Assembly: GCA_965208125.1 (NCBI GenBank)
Contig: OZ242320.1
Span: 416,001-480,000 of the forward strand
From: Candidatus Latescibacterota bacterium
GTDB lineage: Bacteria > Latescibacterota > UBA2968
Length of the DNA: 64,000 bases
Direction of reading: 5' to 3'
Shown here piece after piece: positions 9,532 through 18,316 of this stretch. The notes beneath the pieces are model-generated. The model ran no database searches. It saw only the letters and a program-made list of their open reading frames with translations, and was not told the DNA's origin. Every line of letters starts with the position of its first letter. Within the stretch, counting starts at the first letter, position 1. The translations under genes were made by a program, and so were the position numbers.

Positions 9532-10881
9532 ATGCTAAATCTCTTGAGATACAATGCCAAACCTCGCCTTCTCGCGCTCGGTACCGCCAGTTTGCTGAAC
9601 CTCACACTCTTAATTTCGTCTCTTTTCTCTCAAAATAGCAGCCCCCCTTCTTCGGATTTTAATGGCAATGGTGTTGTCGATTTCCCCGACTTTTTACTCT
9701 TTGCCAGCGCATTCGGATCTCAAGCCGGTCAAGAGCGGTACGATGCGAAATACGATCTGGATGGCAATGGCGAGATTGCATTTGACGATTTTCTGCTCTT
9801 TGTCGATAGCTTTAGCAAAGCGACACCACCACAGCCACCACCTCCCAGCGATCCACGCCTGACGCGGATTGAACTACCTGAAGGATTCCACATTCGCATA
9901 TACGCCGAAGGGGTAACGGGTGCCCGCTCAATGAGCCTCAGTCCAGACGGCACCCTGTTTGTCGGCACTCGCCCCCACGGCCGCGTGTACGCGCTACGCG
10001 ACGAAGACGGCGACCACAAAGCAGAGCGGGTCATTATCCTCGCCCGCGGCCTGAACAACCCCAACGGCGTCGCCTTCAAGAACGGCGACCTGTACGTAGC
10101 CGAAATCAACCGCATCCTGCGCTATACCAATATCGAATCACAACTCGACAATCCACCACAGCCGGACATCGTCAACGACGCTTTCCCCACGAATCGATCA
10201 CACGGCTGGAAGTTCATCCGATTTGGACCCGACGATTTACTGTACGTACCCGTCGGCGCGCCGTGCAACATCTGCAATCGCGGCGATCCTTATGCCTCAA
10301 TCGGAAGATTGGACACCAATGGCAACTTCAGCATCATAGCGCGGGGCATTCGCAACACCGTCGGCTTCGATTGGCACCCGGAAACGGGCGAACTGTGGTT
10401 CACGGACAATGGAAGAGACAGGATGGGCGACGATGTACCACCGGACGAACTGAACAGAATAACCGTCAATGGACAGCACTTCGGCTATCCCTACTGCCAC
10501 GGCACCAACATCGCCGATCCTGAATTCGGCGATCAGCGTAGCTGCGGCGAGTTTGTCGCGCCGGTCCAGAATCTCGGTCCGCACGTAGCGGCTCTGGGAA
10601 TGCGCTTCTACACTGGCGACATGTTTCCAGAGGAATACCACAACCAGATCTTCATCGCCGAACACGGATCCTGGAATCGCAGCAGCAAGATCGGTTATCG
10701 CGTCACCCTGGTGCGCCTGAATGGCAACGAGGCGGTCAGCTACGAACCGTTCGCAGAAGGCTGGCTACAGGGTGAATCGAACTGGGGCAGGCCAGTCGAT
10801 GTACTCGTCATGCCCGACGGTTCCCTATTGGTATCGGACGACTACGCCGGTCTGATCTATCGCATCAGCTATTCAAATTGA
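9532..10881 (+). CDS. Glucose/sorbosone (PQQ-type) dehydrogenase with an N-terminal dockerin-like EF-hand pair
   Basis: DFNGNGVVDFPDF...DLDGNGEIAFDDF, Pro-rich linker, then HGWKFIRFGPD, GIRNTVGFDWHP, HGSWNRS and GRPVDV motifs. Confidence 0.88.
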   Translation: MLNLLRYNAKPRLLALGTASLLNLTLLISSLFSQNSSPPSSDFNGNGVVDFPDFLLFASAFGSQAGQERYDAKYDLDGNGEIAFDDFLLFVDSFSKATPPQPPPPSDPRLTRIELPEGFHIRIYAEGVTGARSMSLSPDGTLFVGTRPHGRVYALRDEDGDHKAERVIILARGLNNPNGVAFKNGDLYVAEINRILRYTNIESQLDNPPQPDIVNDAFPTNRSHGWKFIRFGPDDLLYVPVGAPCNICNRGDPYASIGRLDTNGNFSIIARGIRNTVGFDWHPETGELWFTDNGRDRMGDDVPPDELNRITVNGQHFGYPYCHGTNIADPEFGDQRSCGEFVAPVQNLGPHVAALGMRFYTGDMFPEEYHNQIFIAEHGSWNRSSKIGYRVTLVRLNGNEAVSYEPFAEGWLQGESNWGRPVDVLVMPDGSLLVSDDYAGLIYRISYSN

Positions 10882-10890
10882 TCTCGCATT

Positions 10891-13800
10891 ATGAAACCGA
10901 ATACACGCTTGATGATAAACTATATGCACAAATCGCGTAGGGGCAGGTTTCAAACCTGCCCCTACATAATCATTTGCCCCTACATTTACGCTATTCTCCT
11001 GTGTCTTGTAGCCCTTTTAGTACAGCCCATTATGGCTTACGACACCTATCGCGTTTTGGCCGTGCGCGTCTCTTTTCCCCCCGAAGACCCCGACAACGAA
11101 ACCACCAGTGGAAACGGCACGTTCAATCTCAGTACAGTCGAAAGTCCCGATCGCATATACCCCTTTGACGCGCCTCCCCATGACCGCGCTTATTTTGAAG
11201 CCCACCTGCAGGCACTTTCCAATTATTACCGCGACATATCCCGAGGTCAACTGACCATAGAATACGATGTCTATCCACAAGACCTCACCGCGAGTTACGT
11301 CCTCGACACACCCTTGATCGAATACGGCAATGGACGCACGAGGCGCGAAATAAATGAGCGCGTCACGAGGCTTTTTCGGGATGGTATTCGCGCCGCAGAC
11401 GATGCAGATGGCGCAAATATAGTTTTCTCAAAATACCGCGCCTTTGCAGTATTTCACGCAGGACTCGGTGGAGAAGCAGGTCAAAAACTCAACGACATAC
11501 CCTCGGCCTTTATTTTTCAACGCGACCTCATTGAACTCGCCGACGGCGCAATTTCCGTCAACAATGGTGCTTTTCAGGTCACATCGGGCATGCTATTGCC
11601 CGAAGCCATCAGCACAAACGGTCAGGGTGGTCTCAATGGTACTATCGCCCGATTTTTTGCCTCGCAACTCGGCTTGCCTGGTCTTTCGGACTTTGAAAAC
11701 GATCTGCCCGCAATTGGCGACTGGAGTTTGATGGACACGGGTGCCAACAATCAAATTGACGCCACGCGCCTGGAACTCCAACCTCTCATAAACGACCCCG
11801 CCAGCACAACCCTGATCGGATTCTTGCCCAGTGGCATGATCGCCTGGTGCCGCATGCAACTCGGCTGGCTCAAACCACTCGTGATTACCCACAACGACAC
11901 CGTAGAAATCGCTGCATCCAGCATCACGTCCGATCTTCCGCAGGCTATTCGCGTGCCCATCAGCGCCACAGAATATTTTTTAATCGAAAACCGCTACTCG
12001 CGCTTCAATATTGAAAATCGCATTCCGCAAATCGAATTTTCCACCCCTCATAATGTCTGGCTTTCCACAGACGACTACGATGCATTCATACCAAGCTCAG
12101 GCATTCTCATCTACCACATTGACGACACCGTCATTCGAGCCAGCGACGCAGAAAAACACATTAATAGCCACCCCGATTACAAAATTGCACCTGCCCAATA
12201 TCGTCGCGGCATTGCCCTCGAAGAAGCCGATGGCCTGCAAGACATCGGCAATGTATCGGCCAGCCGCGTCATTCAGGGCGGTATCATCTCATTAAGCAGT
12301 ATCGAAGGCGTACCAGAAGACGCCTTTTACGCAGGCAACAACGCCGTATTTGGTCCCAATACCTCGCCGAACACCCGCAGCAATTTGGGCTATGAAAGCG
12401 GCATAACCATCGAAATCCTCAGTCCACCCGGCGAAGTAATGAAAATTGCTATTCGTTTTGACAATCGGATAGATAACTGGCCGATTACAAACTTGCATCC
12501 CACACGAGGAGCACCCCGCGTCATCGACCTCGACGGAGATAGAAGCAAAGAAATCCTTCACAGTTCTGGCGCGTGGAAAATCGCGGGTACACTGCACAGC
12601 ACGGACGAGGCATTTGCCACAACCCCTGCTATTGGCGACCTGAAAGAACCTGGATTCATCTATCATCGCGGAGAAACAACCCGAACGCACTGGCGTCCCA
12701 GTGGTACAGTCCACGAAACCGTCGATATCAATCCCCCTCCATTTTTCTCTTCCACACCCGTCATTGCAAAATTTCCCACAACACATGTCGATATCTGGGG
12801 ATGGAGCGATGGGAAAATCGAATGGGGCAATTTTCTATCTGAAACCGCGGGCGGCATCGCCCTGGACGACGCCATTCAATCACTCGCCGTGGGCAATATC
12901 GACGGCGACTCGGACAATGAACTCATCGCCATTACCAGCAGTGCTCAGATCCACCTCATTCACGGAACCAACCAGTCCAATCCACTTGCCACATTCGCAT
13001 CTCCCATCATCGGCGGCCCGACAACAGGCGACCTCGACCGCGATGGCGATGACGACATTGCGGTCGTCTCAACAGACGGCATCCTCTCCATCCTCGACGC
13101 CAACGGCCTCGCCTTTGCGAGCGACCCCGTGCCCGGTGGCGCGCATTCACCCCCTGTTGTCGCTGACCTCGATCGGGACGGATTTGTCGAAGTCCTCTTC
13201 GGCGGCAACGGCAAACTCTGGCTTTATCGCTTCAACGCCATCTTGCAAACCGAAGGCGCGCACGCCTTTCCGATAAAAGACGATGCTGGTCCCATCGAAG
13301 CGCCGCCCATTCTCGCCGACATCAATAACGACGCATCCCCCGATATTTTTGCAGGTACACGCGGTGGCCTTCTCTACGGCCTGACCGCCGAAGGACATCC
13401 TCTACCGGGATTTCCCCTATTAGTGCCCGGCCCCATTCTCTCATCACCACTTATCGACGACCTTGACAACGACGGCACCCTGGAACTCATTATCTATACC
13501 GCCGACGGCAGCGCGCAACTCTTCCACCTGGAAACAATTGACCCATCTTATACCGGCAACAAAATTATCTGGGGACAACTCGGCGGCGGACCGGGCAACG
13601 CGGGCAAATTGCTCCAACAGCCAGGCGAAATCACAACCCCAACAGAAACCTCGCTTTTACCTGCGGCGCGAGCATATCTCTACCCCAACCCGATCCGCAA
13701 TGGCGACAGGGCGCGCATTCGCTTTTTTTTATTAGAACCCGCCGAAGTTAGTATGACCATTTACAATCCCCTCGGTGAAAGAGTCGCCGACCTCACTCAC

Positions 13801-13941
13801 AACAATCCCAGGCCCAACACCGACAACGAAATCGCCTGGGATGTATCCGATTACGCCAGCGGCCTCTATATCTGTCGCCTGCAAGCCAGCAACAGCACGC
13901 GCACAGAGGTGCGATTTATCAAAGCCGCGGTAATTAAATAA
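10891..13941 (+). CDS. M6 (immune inhibitor A)-like protease homologue with FG-GAP repeats and a T9SS C-terminal sorting domain
   Basis: VFHAG, LGLP.L, WSLMDTG, EYFLIENR, GILIYHID and LEEADG M6 motifs; several D.DGDG/DLDRDG repeats; C-terminal YPNP...IYNPLGERV...ASGLYICRL. Start may be ATG 10924. Confidence 0.82.
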   Translation: MKPNTRLMINYMHKSRRGRFQTCPYIIICPYIYAILLCLVALLVQPIMAYDTYRVLAVRVSFPPEDPDNETTSGNGTFNLSTVESPDRIYPFDAPPHDRAYFEAHLQALSNYYRDISRGQLTIEYDVYPQDLTASYVLDTPLIEYGNGRTRREINERVTRLFRDGIRAADDADGANIVFSKYRAFAVFHAGLGGEAGQKLNDIPSAFIFQRDLIELADGAISVNNGAFQVTSGMLLPEAISTNGQGGLNGTIARFFASQLGLPGLSDFENDLPAIGDWSLMDTGANNQIDATRLELQPLINDPASTTLIGFLPSGMIAWCRMQLGWLKPLVITHNDTVEIAASSITSDLPQAIRVPISATEYFLIENRYSRFNIENRIPQIEFSTPHNVWLSTDDYDAFIPSSGILIYHIDDTVIRASDAEKHINSHPDYKIAPAQYRRGIALEEADGLQDIGNVSASRVIQGGIISLSSIEGVPEDAFYAGNNAVFGPNTSPNTRSNLGYESGITIEILSPPGEVMKIAIRFDNRIDNWPITNLHPTRGAPRVIDLDGDRSKEILHSSGAWKIAGTLHSTDEAFATTPAIGDLKEPGFIYHRGETTRTHWRPSGTVHETVDINPPPFFSSTPVIAKFPTTHVDIWGWSDGKIEWGNFLSETAGGIALDDAIQSLAVGNIDGDSDNELIAITSSAQIHLIHGTNQSNPLATFASPIIGGPTTGDLDRDGDDDIAVVSTDGILSILDANGLAFASDPVPGGAHSPPVVADLDRDGFVEVLFGGNGKLWLYRFNAILQTEGAHAFPIKDDAGPIEAPPILADINNDASPDIFAGTRGGLLYGLTAEGHPLPGFPLLVPGPILSSPLIDDLDNDGTLELIIYTADGSAQLFHLETIDPSYTGNKIIWGQLGGGPGNAGKLLQQPGEITTPTETSLLPAARAYLYPNPIRNGDRARIRFFLLEPAEVSMTIYNPLGERVADLTHNNPRPNTDNEIAWDVSDYASGLYICRLQASNSTRTEVRFIKAAVIK
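10937..10965. repeat. GTAG-type REP-like palindrome
   Basis: GTAGGGGCAGGTTT-C-AAACCTGCCCCTAC with perfect 14-nt arms; partial second copy TGCCCCTACAT at 10975-10985. Confidence 0.8.
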
Positions 13942-13946
13942 ACACT

Positions 13947-16900
13947 ATGTCTCGCAAACTCACACAAACGATCCTCATCCTCCTGACCCTGAGTACACAG
14001 GCCCTCGCGCAATTTGACGCCAATCACCCCGAACTGAACTGGCGCGTCATTGAAACCGAGCACTTCAAAGTCTATTACCATCAGGGGCTGGAAAAACTGG
14101 CGCCACATGCTGCCCAAATCGCCGAAGACGCGTACAGCCCGATCGCGTCCTTTTACAATTTTGAACCCGATAGCAAAGTCCGCATCATTCTCAAAGACAC
14201 CGAAGACTATGCCAATGGCGCGGCGTATTACTACCACAACACCATCGAAATTTGGGTCTCCAACCTCGACTTTGCACTGCGCGGCAGTACAGATTGGCTC
14301 CCAAACGTGATAACGCACGAATTGACGCACATCATCGCGCTCCAAATCGCCCGCAAATCCTCGCGGCGTATCCCCGCCATCTTCGTCAACTACCTGCAAT
14401 ATCAGGGCGAAGGCAAACGCGACGACATCCTCGCCGGCTATCCCAATGTCCTGGCCGCTTACGCCATTCCCGCTACCATCATCCCGCCCTGGTTTGCCGA
14501 AGGTACGGCGCAATACATGGCACCGGGCGCACAACACGACCGCTGGGACTCGCACCGCGATATGATTTTGCGCCAGGCCACGCGCAGTGGAAGCTTACTC
14601 ACCCGCGACGAAATGTCCGTCTTTGGTGCCAAAACGGGTCTTGGATTTGAAAAAGTATATGACCACGGCTATTCGCTCACCCTCTTTATTGTCGATACCT
14701 TTGGGCGCGACAAACTTCCCGAATTGTATCGGCAGATGAAAGTATGGTGGCGCACGGATTTTGGCAGTGCAATCCTCTCAACTCTGGGCATCTCTGCAAG
14801 CGAATTGCACGAGCGCTGGGTCGCATCGCTCGAAAAACGCTATGCGGCTCAAATCGCACAGATCGAAACCCGTCCCGCACAGGGCGACCTCATCCGCGAA
14901 GACGGCTACCTCAATCTGCACCCTCGCTGGTCGCCCGATGGCACAAAACTCGCCTACCTTTCCAATAAAGGGCGTGATTATGGGCGCACGAGTTTGATGG
15001 TCTATACCCTCGCCGACAGCAGCGTAGAAATCGCCGCTCCCAGCGCGGTTACGGCCTTTGACTGGTCAACCGATGGCAAGCAACTCCTCTACGCACGCCA
15101 CAGCCAGCCCAATAAATATGGCGGGCGGCAATGGGACCTCTACACCATGGATCCCAAAGCCGCGAAATCGAACCTGTTTCAAAATGTCAAAACCGCCATT
15201 GGCCTCGCGCGTGCCACCTTCCCCGGCGAAACGCGCCTCAGCACTGGCTTGCGCAGCATTCACCCGGCCTATTCGCCAGACAGAAAGCAAATTGCGTTTG
15301 TCAAAAATGGCGGGGGCAGCACCAACCTCTGCATCCTCGACATCGCGGCAGGCACTATTCGCTACCTCACATCCTTCGACGATGGCTCACAAGTTGCCAC
15401 CCCGCGCTGGTCGCCCGATGGATCGCAAATCGCATTCTCGCTTTACCAGAGCGGCACCTCGCGAGACATTGCCACCATTCCCGCAACAGGTGGAAACTAC
15501 ACAGTGCGCGTTGCCTCACGCGAAACCGACCGCGACCCGTGCTGGACACCCGATGGATCATCCCTCGTATTTGCCTCTGATCACGACGGCATCTTCAACC
15601 TCTATCGCGCCAATCTATCCAGCGGCGCAATAGACCGCCTCACCCGCGTGTACGGCGGTGCATTTCAACCCCACGTTCATCCAGACGGCCACCGCATCGC
15701 CTATGCCCACTACGGCAAAAACGCCTACGAAATTCGCGTTATTTCTCAGCCATTAAATGAGTCCGTAGAGACCAACATCTTTCGGATCGAACCCTTCGCC
15801 CCCACACCGCCTAAACCCGCAATAACGAGCCGCCCATACAAAAATGAATTTGCAACCACCACCATACTTCCGCGTCTGGCAATCGACAGCGGCAAACTCA
15901 AACTCGGCGCCATAGCGGGATCCGACGACGTCTTGCGAAAGCAAACCTTTTTTATCAGTGGCCTGCTTGCCCACGATCTGGATATGGACCTCTATGCGCT
16001 TTACGAATACCGCAAAAAACGTCCCACCTTTTTTCTTGAAGCCTATCGTCTATCGCGCCACGTTGAAGAAGATATAATCAGCCGCGATGAAGACTTTCGC
16101 ATCTACAACCGCACCTTTGCGCTCACGGGCATTGAAATAGGCGGCAAATACACCATGAGACGTGGCGGTACGATCGACGCTCGACTCGTGTACAATCGCA
16201 CGGGCGCAGTTCTGGACCAGGCGCGATTTAACGGCCTCAATCGCGACATAGTGGCCGCCACAACCCTCAACGGATTTGACCTCGCTCTCACCTATCGCCT
16301 CAATGCCATAGGTCGATCCCGCGACTCGGAAATCAATCCCCGATCAGGACGTCGTCTCGCGCTGCGTTACGACCGCTATTTCAACTGGTTCATCAGCGGC
16401 TTTGAGGAAAATACCTCGCTAATCGTCGAAACCTACGACCGCTATTTCTACAACCAACTATCCCTCGACTGGAACGAATTTATCCCGGTTGCCCCCGGAC
16501 GCAGTGCTCTGAGTTTCCGCTTTTTTGGCGGCGTGATCGACAGCGAAGTTGACGACACCTTTGACTTCTTCCTCGGGGGCTTGCCCGGCATGAAAGGATA
16601 TACGTTTTACAGCCTGGAAGGCCGCCGCGCCCTGATGTTGCGGTCGGCTTATCGCTTTCCCTTATGGTCGCGCATCAATCGGCAAACCGGTCCAATCTAC
16701 TCCGACCAACTCTACGGCGCTTTCTTTGCCGGCATTGCCCGCGCCTGGGATGGCACACCCGACGACGCGATACTCAAACGAGGCTGGAAGCGCGAACTGG
16801 GTACGCAATTGCGCTACGACGCCACCTCGTTTTATCTTTTTCCCACACGCGCCAGCCTCGACGTAGCCTATGGTTTCGACCATGTGCCTTTGCAACGGGC

Positions 16901-16988
16901 TGGCGATCCACTTGGACGAAGTGGCTTGAAGATTTATTTTACGTTATTATTTGGATTTGTTACGGATGTTGGAAAGAACATGAACTGA
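13947..16988 (+). CDS. Zinc-peptidase + PD40/TolB propeller + Omp85-like barrel outer-membrane protein
   Basis: Signal peptide; THELTH and WFAEG; repeated PRWSPDG/PAYSPD; C-terminal beta-strands with LGGLPGMKGY (Omp85 loop-6-like). Confidence 0.8.
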   Translation: MSRKLTQTILILLTLSTQALAQFDANHPELNWRVIETEHFKVYYHQGLEKLAPHAAQIAEDAYSPIASFYNFEPDSKVRIILKDTEDYANGAAYYYHNTIEIWVSNLDFALRGSTDWLPNVITHELTHIIALQIARKSSRRIPAIFVNYLQYQGEGKRDDILAGYPNVLAAYAIPATIIPPWFAEGTAQYMAPGAQHDRWDSHRDMILRQATRSGSLLTRDEMSVFGAKTGLGFEKVYDHGYSLTLFIVDTFGRDKLPELYRQMKVWWRTDFGSAILSTLGISASELHERWVASLEKRYAAQIAQIETRPAQGDLIREDGYLNLHPRWSPDGTKLAYLSNKGRDYGRTSLMVYTLADSSVEIAAPSAVTAFDWSTDGKQLLYARHSQPNKYGGRQWDLYTMDPKAAKSNLFQNVKTAIGLARATFPGETRLSTGLRSIHPAYSPDRKQIAFVKNGGGSTNLCILDIAAGTIRYLTSFDDGSQVATPRWSPDGSQIAFSLYQSGTSRDIATIPATGGNYTVRVASRETDRDPCWTPDGSSLVFASDHDGIFNLYRANLSSGAIDRLTRVYGGAFQPHVHPDGHRIAYAHYGKNAYEIRVISQPLNESVETNIFRIEPFAPTPPKPAITSRPYKNEFATTTILPRLAIDSGKLKLGAIAGSDDVLRKQTFFISGLLAHDLDMDLYALYEYRKKRPTFFLEAYRLSRHVEEDIISRDEDFRIYNRTFALTGIEIGGKYTMRRGGTIDARLVYNRTGAVLDQARFNGLNRDIVAATTLNGFDLALTYRLNAIGRSRDSEINPRSGRRLALRYDRYFNWFISGFEENTSLIVETYDRYFYNQLSLDWNEFIPVAPGRSALSFRFFGGVIDSEVDDTFDFFLGGLPGMKGYTFYSLEGRRALMLRSAYRFPLWSRINRQTGPIYSDQLYGAFFAGIARAWDGTPDDAILKRGWKRELGTQLRYDATSFYLFPTRASLDVAYGFDHVPLQRAGDPLGRSGLKIYFTLLFGFVTDVGKNMN

Positions 16989-17008
16989 CCGCTCACAAAG
17001 GAATTCCC

Positions 17009-17680
17009 ATGAGAAAATTCACACTCTGCACGCTTGTTTTCGCGCTCATGTGCGGACAGGCCGCGGCAGAAAAATCGCCTAAAACGGCCTTCTTTCTCTC
17101 ACTACTTGTACCTGGTCTGGGTGAATTATATGCCGGAGCCAAAATGCGCGCAGTCGGGTTTATGGGTGCAGAAGCCCTCACATGGACCGCTTATGTATCA
17201 TGGCGGGGCAAAGGCAATGACATTAAAGAAGAATTTCGAGCGTATGCCGATCGGCATTGGCGGGAAGCGCAGTACAGCGCCTGGCGAGAATGGAACAAAA
17301 CTCAGCCCGAGCCATATCACGAAACCCACGCCCTGCCCTCCAAAAGCGAAGACACACAACAGTATTACGAACTCATTGGCAAATATCATCAATTTGTCTA
17401 TGGCTGGGACGATGTGACAGCTAACTTTTCCACCGACAATAAAAACGTGCCATCGTCACGCAGGCAGGACTATGAAACCCGTCGCAACGACAGCAACAAA
17501 TACCTCAAACGCGCATCTGTTGTCACAGGCCTGGCCGTACTCAATCACATTGCCAGTGCCATACACGCCTCAGTCTATACGCGCACGCTCCAAAAAAAGA
17601 CCGGTCCGAGCTTGTGGATCGACATCACGCCGGTCGATAACCATGGGCGGTCCATGGTTGAATTGAAAACGAGATTTTAG
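17009..17680 (+). CDS. DUF5683-like secreted/outer-membrane protein
   Basis: AAGGA RBS; signal peptide MRKF..AAA; KSPKTAFFLSLLVPGLGELY; QQYYELIGKY; C-terminal Phe. Confidence 0.7.
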   Translation: MRKFTLCTLVFALMCGQAAAEKSPKTAFFLSLLVPGLGELYAGAKMRAVGFMGAEALTWTAYVSWRGKGNDIKEEFRAYADRHWREAQYSAWREWNKTQPEPYHETHALPSKSEDTQQYYELIGKYHQFVYGWDDVTANFSTDNKNVPSSRRQDYETRRNDSNKYLKRASVVTGLAVLNHIASAIHASVYTRTLQKKTGPSLWIDITPVDNHGRSMVELKTRF

Positions 17681-17684
17681 CATC

Positions 17685-18314
17685 ATGAAAACATCATCCC
17701 AAATCCTGATCGCATTCTCAATCGCCTGTTTCCTCGCTCCGTCTGCCGCATTTGCACAAGAAGCGAAATCACCTAAAAAAGCCGCCTTTTTATCCGTTCT
17801 CTTACCCGGCCTGGGCGAGCGATATGCGGGCGGGCGAAAATCCGCGAAATTTTTCCTATTTACCGAAGGCATGTTCTGGACGGGATTATTTGCATTTCAA
17901 AAACTCAACACCACGCGAGAAAACACCTTCCGCGCCTATGCCGCGGCGCGCGCTGGCGCAACCACCGTCAAAAAACCCAACTCTCATTACGACCGCCTAT
18001 CCAGTTACAACAGCATCTACGACTACAACGCCCGATTGCTATATGTCGAAGGCACATCGGCCAACCCACTGCCAGAAACACCTGAAAACTTTTGGGAGTG
18101 GGACACACCGTCTTCCCGCGAACACTTTCGGGAACTGCGAAGCAAAGCCACCTGGGCGCGCACGCGTGGCTTTCTCTTTGTGGGCGCACTCATCTTCAAC
18201 CGATTTGCCAGTGCGTTAAATGCCGCCAACATCGCCGCCAAAACCCGTCCCATTGCTACTGTTTCCCCCAATACCTCTGGGAACTTACAGGTGCGACTCT
18301 CAGTCCGGTTCTGA
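17685..18314 (+). CDS. DUF5683-like protein, paralogue of the preceding gene
   Basis: Signal peptide; KSPKKAAFLSVLLPGLGERY; C-terminal VRF. Confidence 0.7.
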   Translation: MKTSSQILIAFSIACFLAPSAAFAQEAKSPKKAAFLSVLLPGLGERYAGGRKSAKFFLFTEGMFWTGLFAFQKLNTTRENTFRAYAAARAGATTVKKPNSHYDRLSSYNSIYDYNARLLYVEGTSANPLPETPENFWEWDTPSSREHFRELRSKATWARTRGFLFVGALIFNRFASALNAANIAAKTRPIATVSPNTSGNLQVRLSVRF

Positions 18315-18316
18315 CA

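Noticed and set aside
16664-18316. ORF-track N-terminal extensions implying large gene overlaps (16664, 18092; also 6439, 27690, 34156, 40888, 41736)
   Set aside because: Downstream starts with an RBS, signal peptide or translational coupling fit better; the extensions look non-coding.
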